DNA of 64,000 nt from Glaucostegus cemiculus. Lineage: Eukaryota. Positions 1 through 12,284 of the stretch are shown here, piece by piece. Position 1 is the first letter of the stretch. Each line of letters opens with the position of its first letter. The notes under the pieces were generated by a model. It was not told the origin of the DNA and did no database searches. It saw only the letters and a program-made list of their open reading frames with translations. Both the position numbers and the translations under genes were made by a program. The stretch covers positions 37,448,001-37,512,000 of the forward strand of contig CDPCPM010000010.1 of the NCBI GenBank assembly GCA_976551045.1. Reading direction: 5' to 3'.

Positions 1-1242
1 GATAGGCACATTCATTTCGTTGTAACCTGAATGGTGGGTGAGTGTAATAAGTGAGAAAGTGGTGAAATAATGCAAACACGCAGAATCTTGCTGGCTCAGC
101 CTACCATCAGTAATTGCAGTCGCGTTCTCTTCACTCCTGGACTTAGCAGGTCCAGAAATGGAATGCTTTGTTTGTTGAACATGCTTCTCCGACATTTCCA
201 CCCACGAAATCATCCCGAAAGACTTGATGGCAGGTCAATCTTTGCCAGATGTCGTAGATGTCACTTAATAGCTGTTAAATATATTTGAAGCTAGACCATA
301 CAAATATCTAAAAAAATAAAGCAATTTTTAAAAACGAAGGGTTGAAAACTGAGCGAAAATTAGTTGCGAACAACCTCAAGCAGCCAAAAAGACATTTTTA
401 AACACTGAACTGAACCAAGACAATGAAAACATGTTTCAAACATTGCTTTCTCCGGGCGTTTCATCAGCTCATCGCAATAAGGTCGGAAATATGGATATTT
501 GTTGATGATCATATAGTAATAACCTGTTTTCAAAAGTCCTCTGCAGCAACCAGTATTCGCTTGGTGAAAGTCCAGGACTACTTTCAGGTATGCAGTGAGA
601 AATAACATTCAATCATAGCAACGATTGGGTACTGGCCATCAGAAACAACTGAAGGGTATTGAACACCTCTTAAATTCCATCACATTATATGGTTGAAGTC
701 ACATGCAGTAACATCCTGGATTTCAATACGGATTAGGACCTTAAACAAGACAGGTAGATAAATATAAGTAAAACAAAAGGCCAGAGTGCGGATCCTTAGC
801 ATTGATAGTCCCACTTCCTTATTGCCTGTAACTTTTCTATCAGCTGGAAGGAACTGGTCAGTATTATGATTGAGCAATTTACAGCTGTTTGGATAAGTAA
901 CTTCAACAACATTCAAACCGTACGGCACCGTCGAAGACAAAGGTTCCCTCTTTTTCATCACTACAAAGACAAAGGTTGCTTTGTCTTCTTGAAGTATATT
1001 GTGGTAAATGCTAGCGGTGCTTCAAGGGCATATTTTAAATCTCTGCATCTGCAACCTTGGTGCATTAGGGCAACAAATTTATGATAGCACAGCAATATGC
1101 AAAGGTCCTTTGAGGCAGATTATTCGGACGAGATATATATTAGTATCTCACTATAATCACTGTCAAAATCCCAGAACTCACAACAAAATGCGTATGTCTG
1201 TGAGTGTACTATCACCACAATGACTACGGGAACTCAGGAAAA

Positions 1243-2060
1243 TCATAGAGTCATAGTTCACAGTACAGTCTCTTTGTCCATGCCAATTTGCAACAATCCA
1301 TCTACATTCATCCCATTTACACGAATATGGCCATTAGTCTTCCGTGTTCTGATAGTTCAAGCACTGGCACGCATATTGCTGAAATGTTGAAACTCTTGCT
1401 GGGTGTTCCTGATTACCACCACACTCTGGGTGAATAAATATTTTTCCAGATATCGTCTAAATCTCTTGCCCATCAAAACAAACAACTCCGCTCTACACTC
1501 TTCTCAGTCCTGATGTAGGGTCTCGACCTGAATACCCTACTATCTATTTGCTTCCACCGATGCTGCTTGACGCACTGAGCCCGTCCAGCAACGTTCTGCT
1601 CCAGATTCCAACATCTGGTGTTGAAACACAAACCTTTGTTCTCTCGTTTTCGACACTTCCGTTAGAGGGAAATGTTTCCACTTATTTCCCCTCTCTGTAC
1701 ACTTTATGACTTTGCATACCTGAATGATGGTCTCCTTTAGACTCTGCTGTTCCAAGGAATAAAACTCCAGCATCTATAGTCATTCTTATAAGTGGAAATC
1801 TCCACTCAAGGCATACCTGGTGAATCTTATTTGTACCATTTGCAGTTGAATTGTGTCATTCCCATCTTCATGTGAGCAATACTACACATAGTACTTCATT
1901 AGTGGCTTAACTAATGTTTTATAAACTTGTAGTATAACCTTCCTGCTTATGTCCTAAGCACCAGCAAATGAGATCTTCCATCACTAACATCATAACCCCC
2001 ACGTATCTCTCCGTGCTGCCACCTCCGGGGCCTTTGGATTTGTGGAGCATGATCATCATG
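1243..2060 (-). mobile_element. Degraded CR1-type LINE 3' fragments with an embedded Penelope-like terminal repeat; shared with duplication copy 2 (~18610-19480)
   Basis: Begins with atcatagagtcatag, the reverse complement of a CR1-like microsatellite tail, followed by decayed CR1 3' sequence. No intact ORF. Confidence 0.5.
1505..1620 (+). repeat. Penelope-like element terminal repeat with degenerate hammerhead-ribozyme core
   Basis: cagtcCTGATGTAgggtctcgacctGAATAc...gatgctgcttgacgcactgagcccgtccagca resembles the CTGATGAAGGGTCTCGACCCGAAAC-type PLE end. Paralogous copy at 18824-18950. Confidence 0.55.
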
Positions 2061-2309
2061 CCCTCAATATTCAGCGATAACGGATAAACAACATTGTATT
2101 GTTCAATGGTACCTCCCATGACTAAGTAACGAAAAGCTCAAAACTCATTCTGAGATGCATTGAAACTGAGAGGAATTGTGGCAATTAATTATTGAATTGA
2201 GGTGAGAAAAGTACATCTTGGAAATAATCAAACGACAGTATCTGAATTGAAATTATAATTAGCTCTTCGCAATTGCACTCTGTTTGCCTGTGAAGTGTAC
2301 GCACAAGTA

Positions 2310-3285
2310 GGGTCGCCCATGTCTTCACATTTCATCCGACTAGCCTACGTATCTGTATCCAAAACATCATTTTCCGCCACTCCTGTCATCTCCAACGGGA
2401 CCTCACCACCAAGCACATCTTTCCTTACCAACCCCTTTCTGCCTTTTGTAGGGACCGCTCTCTTCGCGCCCCACTAGTTCACTCTTCCACCAACCCCCCA
2501 ACTCATCCTGCTCCCACCCAGGGAACTTTCCACTGCTCCCGCCATAGGTGCAACACCTGTCCCTACACTACTTCCATCGCCTCCATCCAGGGAACCAAAC
2601 AGTTCCTTCAAAGGAGACAGAGATTTACCTGCACCTCTCTTAATATCATCTACTGCATTTGCTGCTCCAAGTGTGGCCTCCTCTACATTGGCAAGACCAA
2701 ACGCAGACTGGGTGTACTTTTCACAGAACACCTGCGCTCCGTCCAGAACCGCGATCTGCATCTCCCCGTTGCCAGTCACTTCAACTCCACCTTCCATTCC
2801 ATCACAGATATGTTAGTACTCTGCTTTCTCCACTGCCAGGCGAATTCCAAGCGCTAACTGGAGGAACAGCACTTAATTTTCCGTTTTGTAACCTTGCAGC
2901 CTAACGGCAGGAGCATTGAATTCTCCCATTTTAAGTAACTCCCACTCCCTCCACACCTACCATGCCTCTTTTGTTTTCTCTTTCCTCGCCGATCTATTTT
3001 TGCCACCCCTCCTTACATTTGACACATCCCCCAGTGGATATTCTCTCCCCTCCTCCCCTACTACTGCCTATCACTGTCACTTGCCTGCATCTCCTTTCCA
3101 CCACCTTGTGCCCACCCCACCTCCCCTCACTTCTCCACCTATCACGGCTCTGCTTTCCCATTGTTCTACTCCTTTTCCTATATTTATTCCTGAAAAAGGG
3201 TCCTGTCCTGAAACATTGACCACCAGCTTTTTTCCGTGGGCGCTGCCTGGTCTATCGAGTTCCTCCAGCATCATTCTGTTTTTCA
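2310..3285 (+). mobile_element. Penelope-like retroelement 3' fragment (GIY-YIG endonuclease and terminal repeat)
   Basis: From ~2643 it translates as NIIYCICCSKCGLLYIGKTKRRLGVLFTEHLRSV, a PLE-type GIY-YIG motif. A pyrimidine-rich linker follows, then the terminal CTGAAAAAGGGTCCTGTCCTGAAAC...gagttcctccagcat at 3190-3272. Absent from duplication copy 2. Confidence 0.8.
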
Positions 3286-3434
3286 AAAGGAATTGGCGCA
3301 TTGATTGGCAGTATTATGAACATCGATACTTTGCACGCATTGTTAATTTAATCCAAATAATTTAAACAGCACAATTACACAAATGCACAAATGTAGTTAA
3401 ATTATGTGCATGACGATTAGTCTTGATTTTAGAA

Positions 3435-5884
3435 TCACCTCACCTCATTATTTACGTTGTAGTTGGAGACTTCGGACTTTATCATTCTTGCAATTTCATG
3501 ACCAATAGATTTATTCTGGGCAGAATGCTTTGCTGTAGATGGCCCGCAAGTCCGTGGCGTCGAGAAGTCTCTCTTCACCGACTGCAATGTTGAACACGAT
3601 TCGTAACGGAAACTCTGAGAATGTGGATCACCCCCGAATACCTCAGCATAGTTTGGTGGTATCTGAAGACTTCCAATGGCCTTTTGAATTCCAATTAGAG
3701 AATTCCCTGTTTTCAGACAACAGCAGACATTCTGAGAAACACAATGGACCCCACTCCATTTCTGTTTTCATGAACAGCCAGAATAACTAAAACCACGAGG
3801 AAAATGGTAGATCTTGTCCCCAAGGATATGACCAAGTAAAAGTTCAGATCAGGAGAGAACTCCGGATCTGTAGACAAACTAGTGGCACTGAAGATCGTTT
3901 CGTTTCCTTTGACAGTTAACACTATAGTCACAGTGGCAGAAAGGAGTGGCGGTCCATTATCTTTCACGACAATTAAAAGCCTTTGCTGAGAAGCGTCCTT
4001 GCTCCCAATAGCACGAATAGTGAAAACTTCTCCTGTGTCTGCTGAAATAGTGAACAGATGGCGATGGGTAGCCTGCAAAATGTGGTAAGACAGGCGGGCA
4101 TTCTTACCAGCGTCGGTGTCAGTAGCTGATACCTTGACAACGAGGTATCGCGGCTCAGCAAACCTGGATATTGTCTCCATTGCTGTTGAGCCGTATTGGG
4201 GTAAAGGATGCACGATCACTGGGGCATTATCGTTCTGATCAAGGATAACAACATCTACTGTAACGTTACTGGCGAGGGGCGGGTCTCCAGAATCCTGCAC
4301 CCGAAATTGAATCTGGAAGTTTTTCAATTTCTCGTAATCAAACGATCTCTTAGTAAGCATTACGTCAGTCTGTGAGTTGATGGAGACATATGGGGCTACC
4401 GATCAGTTCAGGATTGTAAAATTCATTCGGGCATTCTGTCCCATGTCTGGATCGAAGGCTGTCATGGAGAATATGGAATCCCCAATAATATTGTTTTCCA
4501 GGACCCTTGCTTTGTATACGTGCTGCGTCAACCTTGGTGCGTTATCACTTACATCTGAAACCTCCACGCGAATTGTTTTCTTCGATGTGAGGGGAGGGAT
4601 CTCTGTATCTGTGGAAGTCACAGCAATGTCATAACTGGACGTAGTTTCGCGATCCAATGTATGCTGTGTAAGGAGACGACAAATGTTTTTCAGAGAAGAA
4701 TCTAGCTTAAAGGGCAGCTTGCTTGAAATTTGACATTGTACTTGCCCATTTTGTCCAGAGTCTTTGTCATCTACTCCGAACAGTGCCACAACTGTTCCGA
4801 TCGAGGCATCCTCTGAGACTCTACTTGACGTGGATGTCAGGGTCAGGTAATGAGCATTGTCATTCACATCGATAACATCCAGTAACACATCACAGTGCTG
4901 GGGAATTGCGTCAGGACCATTGTCGATTGCTTGAATATTAATCTCAATAAACTTGTTTTCTTCGTAGTCCAAACGCCCTTTCAGTCTGATTTCCCCATTT
5001 CGGGAATTCACGCCAAATACTCCACGGAATCTTGCTGAATTATGCCCAGTGAGGGAGTACGTTATCTCGCCGTTAGAGCCGTCGTCCAAATCAGTGGCGT
5101 TTAACGTAATAATCAAAGTTCCTATGGGAGCAGATTCCAATAGACTTACGCTATAAACAGCCTGCGAAAAAACAGGAGCGTTGTCGTTCGCATCCTTCAC
5201 TGTGATTGTTATTTGAAGCTTTCCTGATCTTGCAGGGACTCCGCTGTCTTCGGCAAACAACATTAATTCATGGGCTGATATTGTTTGTCTATCAAAAGGG
5301 CTCTGCAGCACTAATACCGGCAACTTTCCTTTCCTGATGCGTTCCTGTACTTCAAGAATAAAATATTCATTGTGAAGTAGCTGGTATGACTGCAAGGAGT
5401 TATTTCCCATGTCCGGATCGTGTGCGGCCTCGAGTGGGAATTGCGCTCCCGGTGCATTAATTTCGGAGATTTCCAGGCGGATTTGGCTTTTGGGGAATCT
5501 GGGAGCGTTGTCATTTACATAGAGAATCTACGCTTCCACCTGGTGCAGACTGAGGGGATTTTCAAGCAGAAGGTTTGAGGATAAAACACAATCGTTGCTC
5601 GGCCCGCAAAGCTGTTCCTTGTCGATTCTTTCATTCACAAATAAAATCCCATTCTCTAAATTTACGGCAACGTGCTGCTTCCTCGGAATGGGCGCCACCC
5701 GTAAACTGCGAGCCGACGGCTGCTTTAAATCTTACCCCATATCAATGGCGATATTCCCAACAAAGGCGCCCAGTTACAATTCCTCGGGAACAGAATAACG
5801 TATCTGGCCATAAGCAAGATTCCAGCGGGAGAACAAACAGGAAATCAGTAGGCATTTCAGCAGCCAATGTATGTTATATCTCAT
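3435..5884 (-). pseudogene. Clustered protocadherin variable exon pseudogene (paralog of 20347-22836)
   Basis: ATG at 5884 (MRYNIHWLLK...GQIRYSVPEEL). In-frame stops at 5774-5776 (CAA>TAA, codon 37), 5732-5734, 5528-5530 and 4403-4405, plus a 1-bp frameshift near 3750. Cadherin motifs (DxNDNAP, LDYE, LDRE) occur in ORFs 4403-5410 and 3713-4360. Donor GAG|GTGAGG at 3444/3443. Confidence 0.93.
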
Positions 5885-6067
5885 TTCCAGGAGACATCAT
5901 TTCAATGGTTTGAACCCGAGACAATGTCTTTCAACGGTAGCTTGATACAAACAGGAGAAATTCAACGCAGGAAATACCTACATCTCTTTTGCGAATCATT
6001 GGATTGCTTTCCTTCAAATATTTTTTCCCTTATCTCCAATTCGAACGGAAGTGTGAGCAAATCCTGC

Positions 6068-6280
6068 GGAGCTGCTGGGCCGCCAGTTTCACGGCGTCTG
6101 AGCTTACGCGAAGGCGGCTGGGTATTGACGGTCACCAGATCATCAGTCACATCTCAGCTTCTGATTGGTTGACAATGTAGTAATCATATTTGACCAACTG
6201 GAGTTAATCTCATTTCTTAAAGCAAGTCGTGGATAATTTGGAGAAGTGTTTTCATATTTATTGCTGCAAAACTGAAATTT
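6068..6280 (-). promoter_or_regulatory. Pcdh promoter cassette (decayed copy)
   Basis: Plus strand: gagctgctgg...gaaggcggctg...ATTGG(6164)...CCAAC(6194, CCAAT mutated)...TTCTTAAAGC(6214)...ttgctgcaaaactgaaattt. Same block as upstream of the other five units. Confidence 0.7.
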
Positions 6281-6637
6281 CTCTCATCATTTTGGATTCT
6301 TCGGATTTTTTTTTGCAAAATGTTAACATTAAATACCAACGTTCAAGTAGAATGGTAACCTAAAATATTATGTAGATCAAATGCCAAAAAGAATGTTTTC
6401 TAAAAAGAATCGTGGCGAAATGAGCAATGTAAGCCATGATGCTAACAAGCCAATTAGATTTATCCTCCTTTCACCATTATCCCACTATCATTTGCAATTA
6501 TAAGAATCTTTTTAGTACTACATTTACCCGTCTCAAGACAGAAACAAAAAGATTGTTTCAGCAAAATAAAACAAACGTTTCTGCGTCATGCCGAAATGAA
6601 CCTGTCAAAGGCAATTTCCTTTCAATTCTGCAATTTG

Positions 6638-6762
6638 AGGAAGTTGTGGGCATGATATGTTGGTGCTGGAAGCGTGGCAACACTTGCGGGCTGCCCCCAG
6701 AACACGCAACGCAAAAGATGCATTTTACTGTGTGTTTCGATGTACATGTGATCTCATCTTAA
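6638..6762 (+). mobile_element. 5'-truncated copy of the tRNA-derived SINE at 8885
   Basis: aggaagttgtgggcatg...ctgcccccagaacac...gcaaaagatgcattttactgtgtgtttcgatg is nearly identical to 9050-9155. Absent at the paralogous site (~23590). Confidence 0.8.
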
Positions 6763-8884
6763 CTTAATTATTAGCTTTATGTTCAGTTCTTCTTGTATCT
6801 AGAATAAATAGTGTATTATCAATTTGTATTTGTAGTTCCAAAAAAATTTAAGGGGTTGGTTGTAAAAATGTACCATCGCTTTTTTTGAAGCGAAAAATAA
6901 TGTGACTGCCGTTGTTTAAAGTCATTATGTTTACTATTGTATGTCTTTCCAGTCTTTATATTACAGCTACATTGTAGGTAATATGCCAGAATTGACCACA
7001 GGATTAATTTGAACGATAGTAGTGTACTGAATCGAATTCCAGTATTCTCCCAGGTACCGTTTCATGCTCTTTTAAAAATTATTGTACAGATTTAATTTTC
7101 CTGGTATTTGCAGGACACAGTCTATAACCACTCTGGTAGCTATATGCATTGGCGTTATTTTCAGTGTATGCTACTGCTTTGCTGCTTTGTTGCAAAATTA
7201 TTAAAATTAAAATACACATTCGAGATATCAACATGACTTCACTACTCTGGCGTGTGCAATATATATAAAAAAAACGAGGTTACTCTTAAATCTTCATTTA
7301 TGCATATGCCTTGTTTCTTTAGGAAAACGAAAACGTTACCCAATGTCCGTTCACTTACAAAGTTAAGAATACGACAATAGATTAATCGATAATAGTGTGA
7401 CATGAAGCACTCCTCCGATCTTGGAACTGATTCATCTATACTGGAGCTATGAAACAACGACTCACGTTTTGCTTGTTATTCTGCGCATTTTAGTTACTGC
7501 TCAAATAGTTCACATAAACTGATTTTTAGTGGCTCATCCTTGCATCTGGAATATCCAACTGCGGTTTCAATGCGCGTGGACTATACTGGCTTGCATTCCA
7601 CTTGAAAGGCTTGGCGGAGGGTGGCTTCTCTGACAGCACAGGTATCAAAACTATTAGACTCATGCTAAAACTTTTAAATATCTCTGTCAAAAACAATCAT
7701 AAATCATTTAAATCTATTAAAATATTTGAATGCATTAAATAGTCTGCTCGTTTTGGAGTAGGGAAAGGCAAATGCGTAAATGAGAGAAATAATTAATAAC
7801 CTCTATAGAAGACAAAACTGCATCTTTTTCCTTGCTCGGTCGGCAGCCTTGTGATAAATAAAATTAATGGGAGCTGAGATCACGTATTAGATCTTGCAAG
7901 ACGCAATATCCAATTCACGATTTACCTTTGCATATTCTCTTTTATTCAGCACAGTCCAGCTCTATGGTATTGGACGCCATGTGGAGTTCAATGGCATACG
8001 AAACTGAACATGTTCTGAAACGGTCAGTAAGTTTGAACTGTCTTCTTTTCAGAACATATTTATGGAAATCCAAGACTTGCTTTCATTTTAAATTCACCGC
8101 TCTTTTCTGATCTCCGACCTTATCCCAACAGGATCCGGATGTTGATAAGGCTCATGCTATCATTTCTGAAACTCTCTTGCGGAATCTGTACAGTTATGCC
8201 ATTATTAGCAACATTATCTGAACAGGAAAGGCATTGTATCCTATCGACACCAGGCTATGGGTAACTGTGGGTAATAAGCCCTTGGGTTAATACACGACTG
8301 GTATACTTTTTACGTAGGAGTCCGTAGCAGAACTGCAGCTCTTGTAAAATAGCACTGTGCCTTTGTACACTTTGTACTTTGTACTTTGTACATTTTACAC
8401 TTTGTAGAATAGCACAGTTAGATAACGTCCTTGAAAAGCGGTCATTCTAATCCATCCAGCTGCTATCACTTCAATCTCCCCTCATAATCCATAAGGCAAT
8501 GGACGCTATTGTCAGCTGTGCTGTCAAGAGACAAACGTATCTACTCATGTGTACACGTTTGGTTCCATCATAACACACAATTTCAGTGACATTTCAGATT
8601 TTGTCAAAACATGGAAAATATTCTTGTCCAAAACTAATAGCGAGACTGACATTATTTGAATATGTATGACATCAAACAGCCCATGCAGACTCACAAGGAA
8701 TACTTCACTATCCGGAGTCGCAGCTCATATAAGCCACTTACTTAACCTATTTATACCTCTCTGTAGACCCTCCGCATCCTCTGCTACATCTATGTCTTGG
8801 TTTATTGCCTGTGCCACTGTAGTTTTATTATTTTTGGCCTAAAGACAACTCCCACCAGTTATTTCTTCCCTTTACTATTCCTAA

Positions 8885-9187
8885 GGGCAGGCACAGTAGT
8901 GTAGCGTTTATCGTAAGGTACCACAGCGCCAGAGACCCGTGTTCAATTCCGGACGCCGTCTGTCAGGAGTTTGTACGTTCTCCCCATGTCTGTGTGGGTT
9001 TCCTCCGGCGTACTCCGATTTCCTCCCACATTTCAAAGACATACGGGTTAGGAAGTTGTGGGCATGCTATGTTGGCGCCAGAAGAGTGGCGACACTTGCT
9101 GGCTGCCCCCAGAACACTCGACGCAAAAGATGCATTTCACTGTGTGTTTCGATGCATATATTTGACTAATAAAGATGTCTTGTCTTG
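8885..9187 (+). mobile_element. Full-length tRNA-derived SINE (V-SINE/HE1-like)
   Basis: Pol III box A-like tagtgtagcgttta and box B GTTCAATTCC (8941-8950). V-domain ggagtttgtacgttctcccc...tgggtttcctccgg...tttcctcccaca. Tail aataaagatgtcttgtcttg. Absent from duplication copy 2. Confidence 0.85.
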
Positions 9188-10100
9188 GTTAGCCCAAAGG
9201 GAGCAACAGAGCACGGCTTGTTCTCCTCGAAGTCAATTACAAACCTGATTTGGAAATATATCACTATTCCTCTTTGCCACTGGATCCAATTCCTGGATCG
9301 TCCACCAACAACATTACCGAGATGAAATGGCTGGAAGTGCTCTCGTGGTTCGAGAGCTGTCTGCACCACTTTCTCAAGGATGCCCAGATAAGGGTAAAAT
9401 ATTGGCTTTGTCTGTGAAAATCATCCCAGAGAAAATAATACCTGACAATGCCAAAATCATCATCTGAGTAATTCCTCAAGCATAGCACAGGCTGCTCCAT
9501 CACAGTCAGTTCATGAACAGCTAGTACAGTTTTATACGTGGAATTTTACTGATGTCTACAAATAGTTAAATTATATTCAATATTCTTCAGATAAAGAGGC
9601 TGTGGCCACGTGCACAAAGCCTTCGACAAAGTGTCTGCATTTTAAACGATGCAACATTCGTATTTGACTCAAACTCTGTGCATTGGTTATCTCCAGCAAC
9701 AAGAATAACTACTTTCCCTCGAACTGTATAGCACTCGCTTTATTGAGTACATATCCGATGAACCTGAGTCTGGGAAGTTATCAGCCGTATTTGAACATGA
9801 TACATGAAAGTTATGTTTATAACATAGAAGCAGAAATATTTTTGTCGTCTTTACACGTAAATAGTTGGTCAGAATATCTTTAGAACAATTTTCGTTTGCT
9901 TGGATTTGTAACTCTTATAATACTTGGAGTGCACAGCACTTTTCAGGAGAAAATTGCAGAGTGATTTAAAATGCATACAATTCTCCAAATGTTCATGCCA
10001 TCCGCCACAGAATATATCGACATAACTCACTGAAATCTGTCCAAACAAGAAGCAGAAGGGCAACAGTATACTAACAACCTCCCATGACCCAGTGACAACA

Positions 10101-10405
10101 AAGAACATTGAACATTATAGCACAGTACAGGCCCTTCTGCCCACGATTTGTGCCTACATTTTTTTACTGCTCTAAGATCTATTTAACCCTTCCCTCCCAC
10201 ATAGCCCTCCATTTCACTATGATTCATATGGCTATCCAAGCGTCTCTAAAATGTCCCTAATTCATCTGCCTCCTAAACTCCCGCAGATAGTGCGTTCAAC
10301 GCACATACCATTCTCTGTGTAAAAAACGTACCCCTGACATCCCCCTTGTACATTCCTACATTCACCTTAAAATTATGCCCCATGGTGTTAACCATTTAGC
10401 ATTTG
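10101..10405 (-). mobile_element. CR1 LINE 3' end
   Basis: gaacattgaacattatagcacagtacaggcccttc... is the reverse complement of a CR1 3' UTR and tail; it resembles the 3' end of the element at 37780-38872. Empty site at ~27080 in copy 2. Confidence 0.75.
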
Positions 10406-11714
10406 ACCTAAACAATAAAACAAACTACATAAATAGTTTGGCTGTGACAGAAGATCAGAAGCTGGCCTTCATTGTATTCTTCCCACTACGACGAAAGGGG
10501 AAATCGATATTTCATTTGGAAATTCTCCATTTCTTTCTTAACAGGAAACCAAACTACCCTCACAAAGCTGAACACAGTTCAAATATAACTTCGAGTTAAA
10601 CACTTCAGCTGACACTTAAATGCGTTGGAAGCTCATCTATTCCACCACAAAGTGCACCTCAAATTCGCACTGATGCCTCTTCAAAAGCATTTTCAAAACG
10701 TGTACTATTCTCTTGCTCTCAGAAGAACAACAATGAACTGACAGAACCACGAAATGCATTGCATTTTATCCAAACTTGAAACTCGTAATCACCAAGTGAA
10801 AACTATGGAACGCGCTCTACGACTTAAAGGTGATTGACCCTGACCACGAAGATCATGGTGGGTCATGAATATCGCTCAACATCACGTTCCATGGAGCAAA
10901 ATATATGGGCAGATGAAAAAAAGAATTAGCTTAACGACATTCATTTCGAAACACGGGTTAAACAGGCAATCGTTTCAATTTGTTATGCCCTGCCTCTGAT
11001 AAACCTCTGGATATTTTAGTGTTAAATCCCGGCATCCTACCCCTTTACAATGTCTAAACTGGAACTGAATTGTGCTCAAGGCATATGTTCAGTTCTTGGC
11101 TGGATAACTGCAGAGAGTTTCGCACATGAACATGCAAATGTTTGAGTGCAGACGGCCATAACTTTTGTTACGCATATGAAGAAAGTCCAGTTAAAGGTCT
11201 TAGGCTTTGATGTTTCCATCAGGACATCCCAGTGAATTGTACAGCCAAACAAACACGTTTGGAGATTTATCACTGTTTCAGTTTCGGAAATATAGCAGCC
11301 ACATTTTCTGTAGCCAGTGCCCAAAAACAGTATGAAAATTACTTGGTAATCGGTGCTGATTGAGGACTGGACATAATCCTCACCCATAGCTACTCTAATC
11401 TTCCTCCAAAGACTCAGCAAAACTTTTTTTGCGTGGGCCTGGGAAACGAAATGATGTGCCAAGGCACCATCATCTGTAAAAGTGGTTTCACCGAATGTTT
11501 GCCACAGTCGCAGTGCTGCCACGGGATTCTTGTGCGCATGCCTCTAGAATAGCATTTAAACTGGTAAGGCATAATTCAAAGGGGGGGAAAGCAGGAAACT
11601 CACCAGGTAGGGCAACGTGTGGATCGTGGAATAGAGGTAGCATTTTGATATTACATGAGAACTAAATAAATGTGAGAAACCAGGTAGACTTAGCTACAAA
11701 ATAGGAAGCTATCA

Positions 11715-11975
11715 TTTAAATCTGAGGTGTGTGGAAATTTCTTTTCTCAGAGGCATGTGAATTGCTAGGAATTTCAGCCCCTGAGGGTGGTACAGGCCAG
11801 ATCATTCGATATATTTGAGTTGGAGATAGATAAAACATTTGAAAGGTCACGGAATTGATGGTTATAGAGAACTGGCACGGATAGCCAGCATTAATCAAAC
11901 ATGATTGTACTGAATGGCGGGACAGGTTTGAGGGGCCATCTGACGCACTCCTCCTATATATTTTTTTTGCCTTGT
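11715..11975 (+). mobile_element. Old CR1 3' fragment, shared with ~28480-28730
   Basis: tttaaatctgaggtgtgtggaaatttcttttctcagagg...gaatggcgggacaggtttgaggggcc...ctcctcctatat, typical CR1 3' end. Confidence 0.55.
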
Positions 11976-12284
11976 TATGTCCTTGTGAACAGTCCTGATT
12001 CAGGGTACAGCGAGGTTGTAGTGCGGTAGCAGGTAAAGGGGGGTGAGAGTAAAGGACATCTTTGTGATATGAAGGGCAGTGCTGCCTATGTGAGGTTTGC
12101 AGAGGTATAACTATAAGAAGAGGAATGAGGCCAGTTAATGAGGAAACAACAACGCTGAAACGGTGAGGTACAGAACACATAAGTTGCAGAAAATCTCAAA
12201 TAAAGGGGACTGCTCATGAGTTCAGGATGCATCAACAGAGACAGAAAAATGCAGGTTATTTAGCAGGTACAGGTAGGTCCTTAT

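Noticed and set aside
8885-8960. tRNA-like sequence with box A and box B
   Set aside because: It is the head of a SINE, followed by a V-domain and LINE-like tail; no complete cloverleaf.
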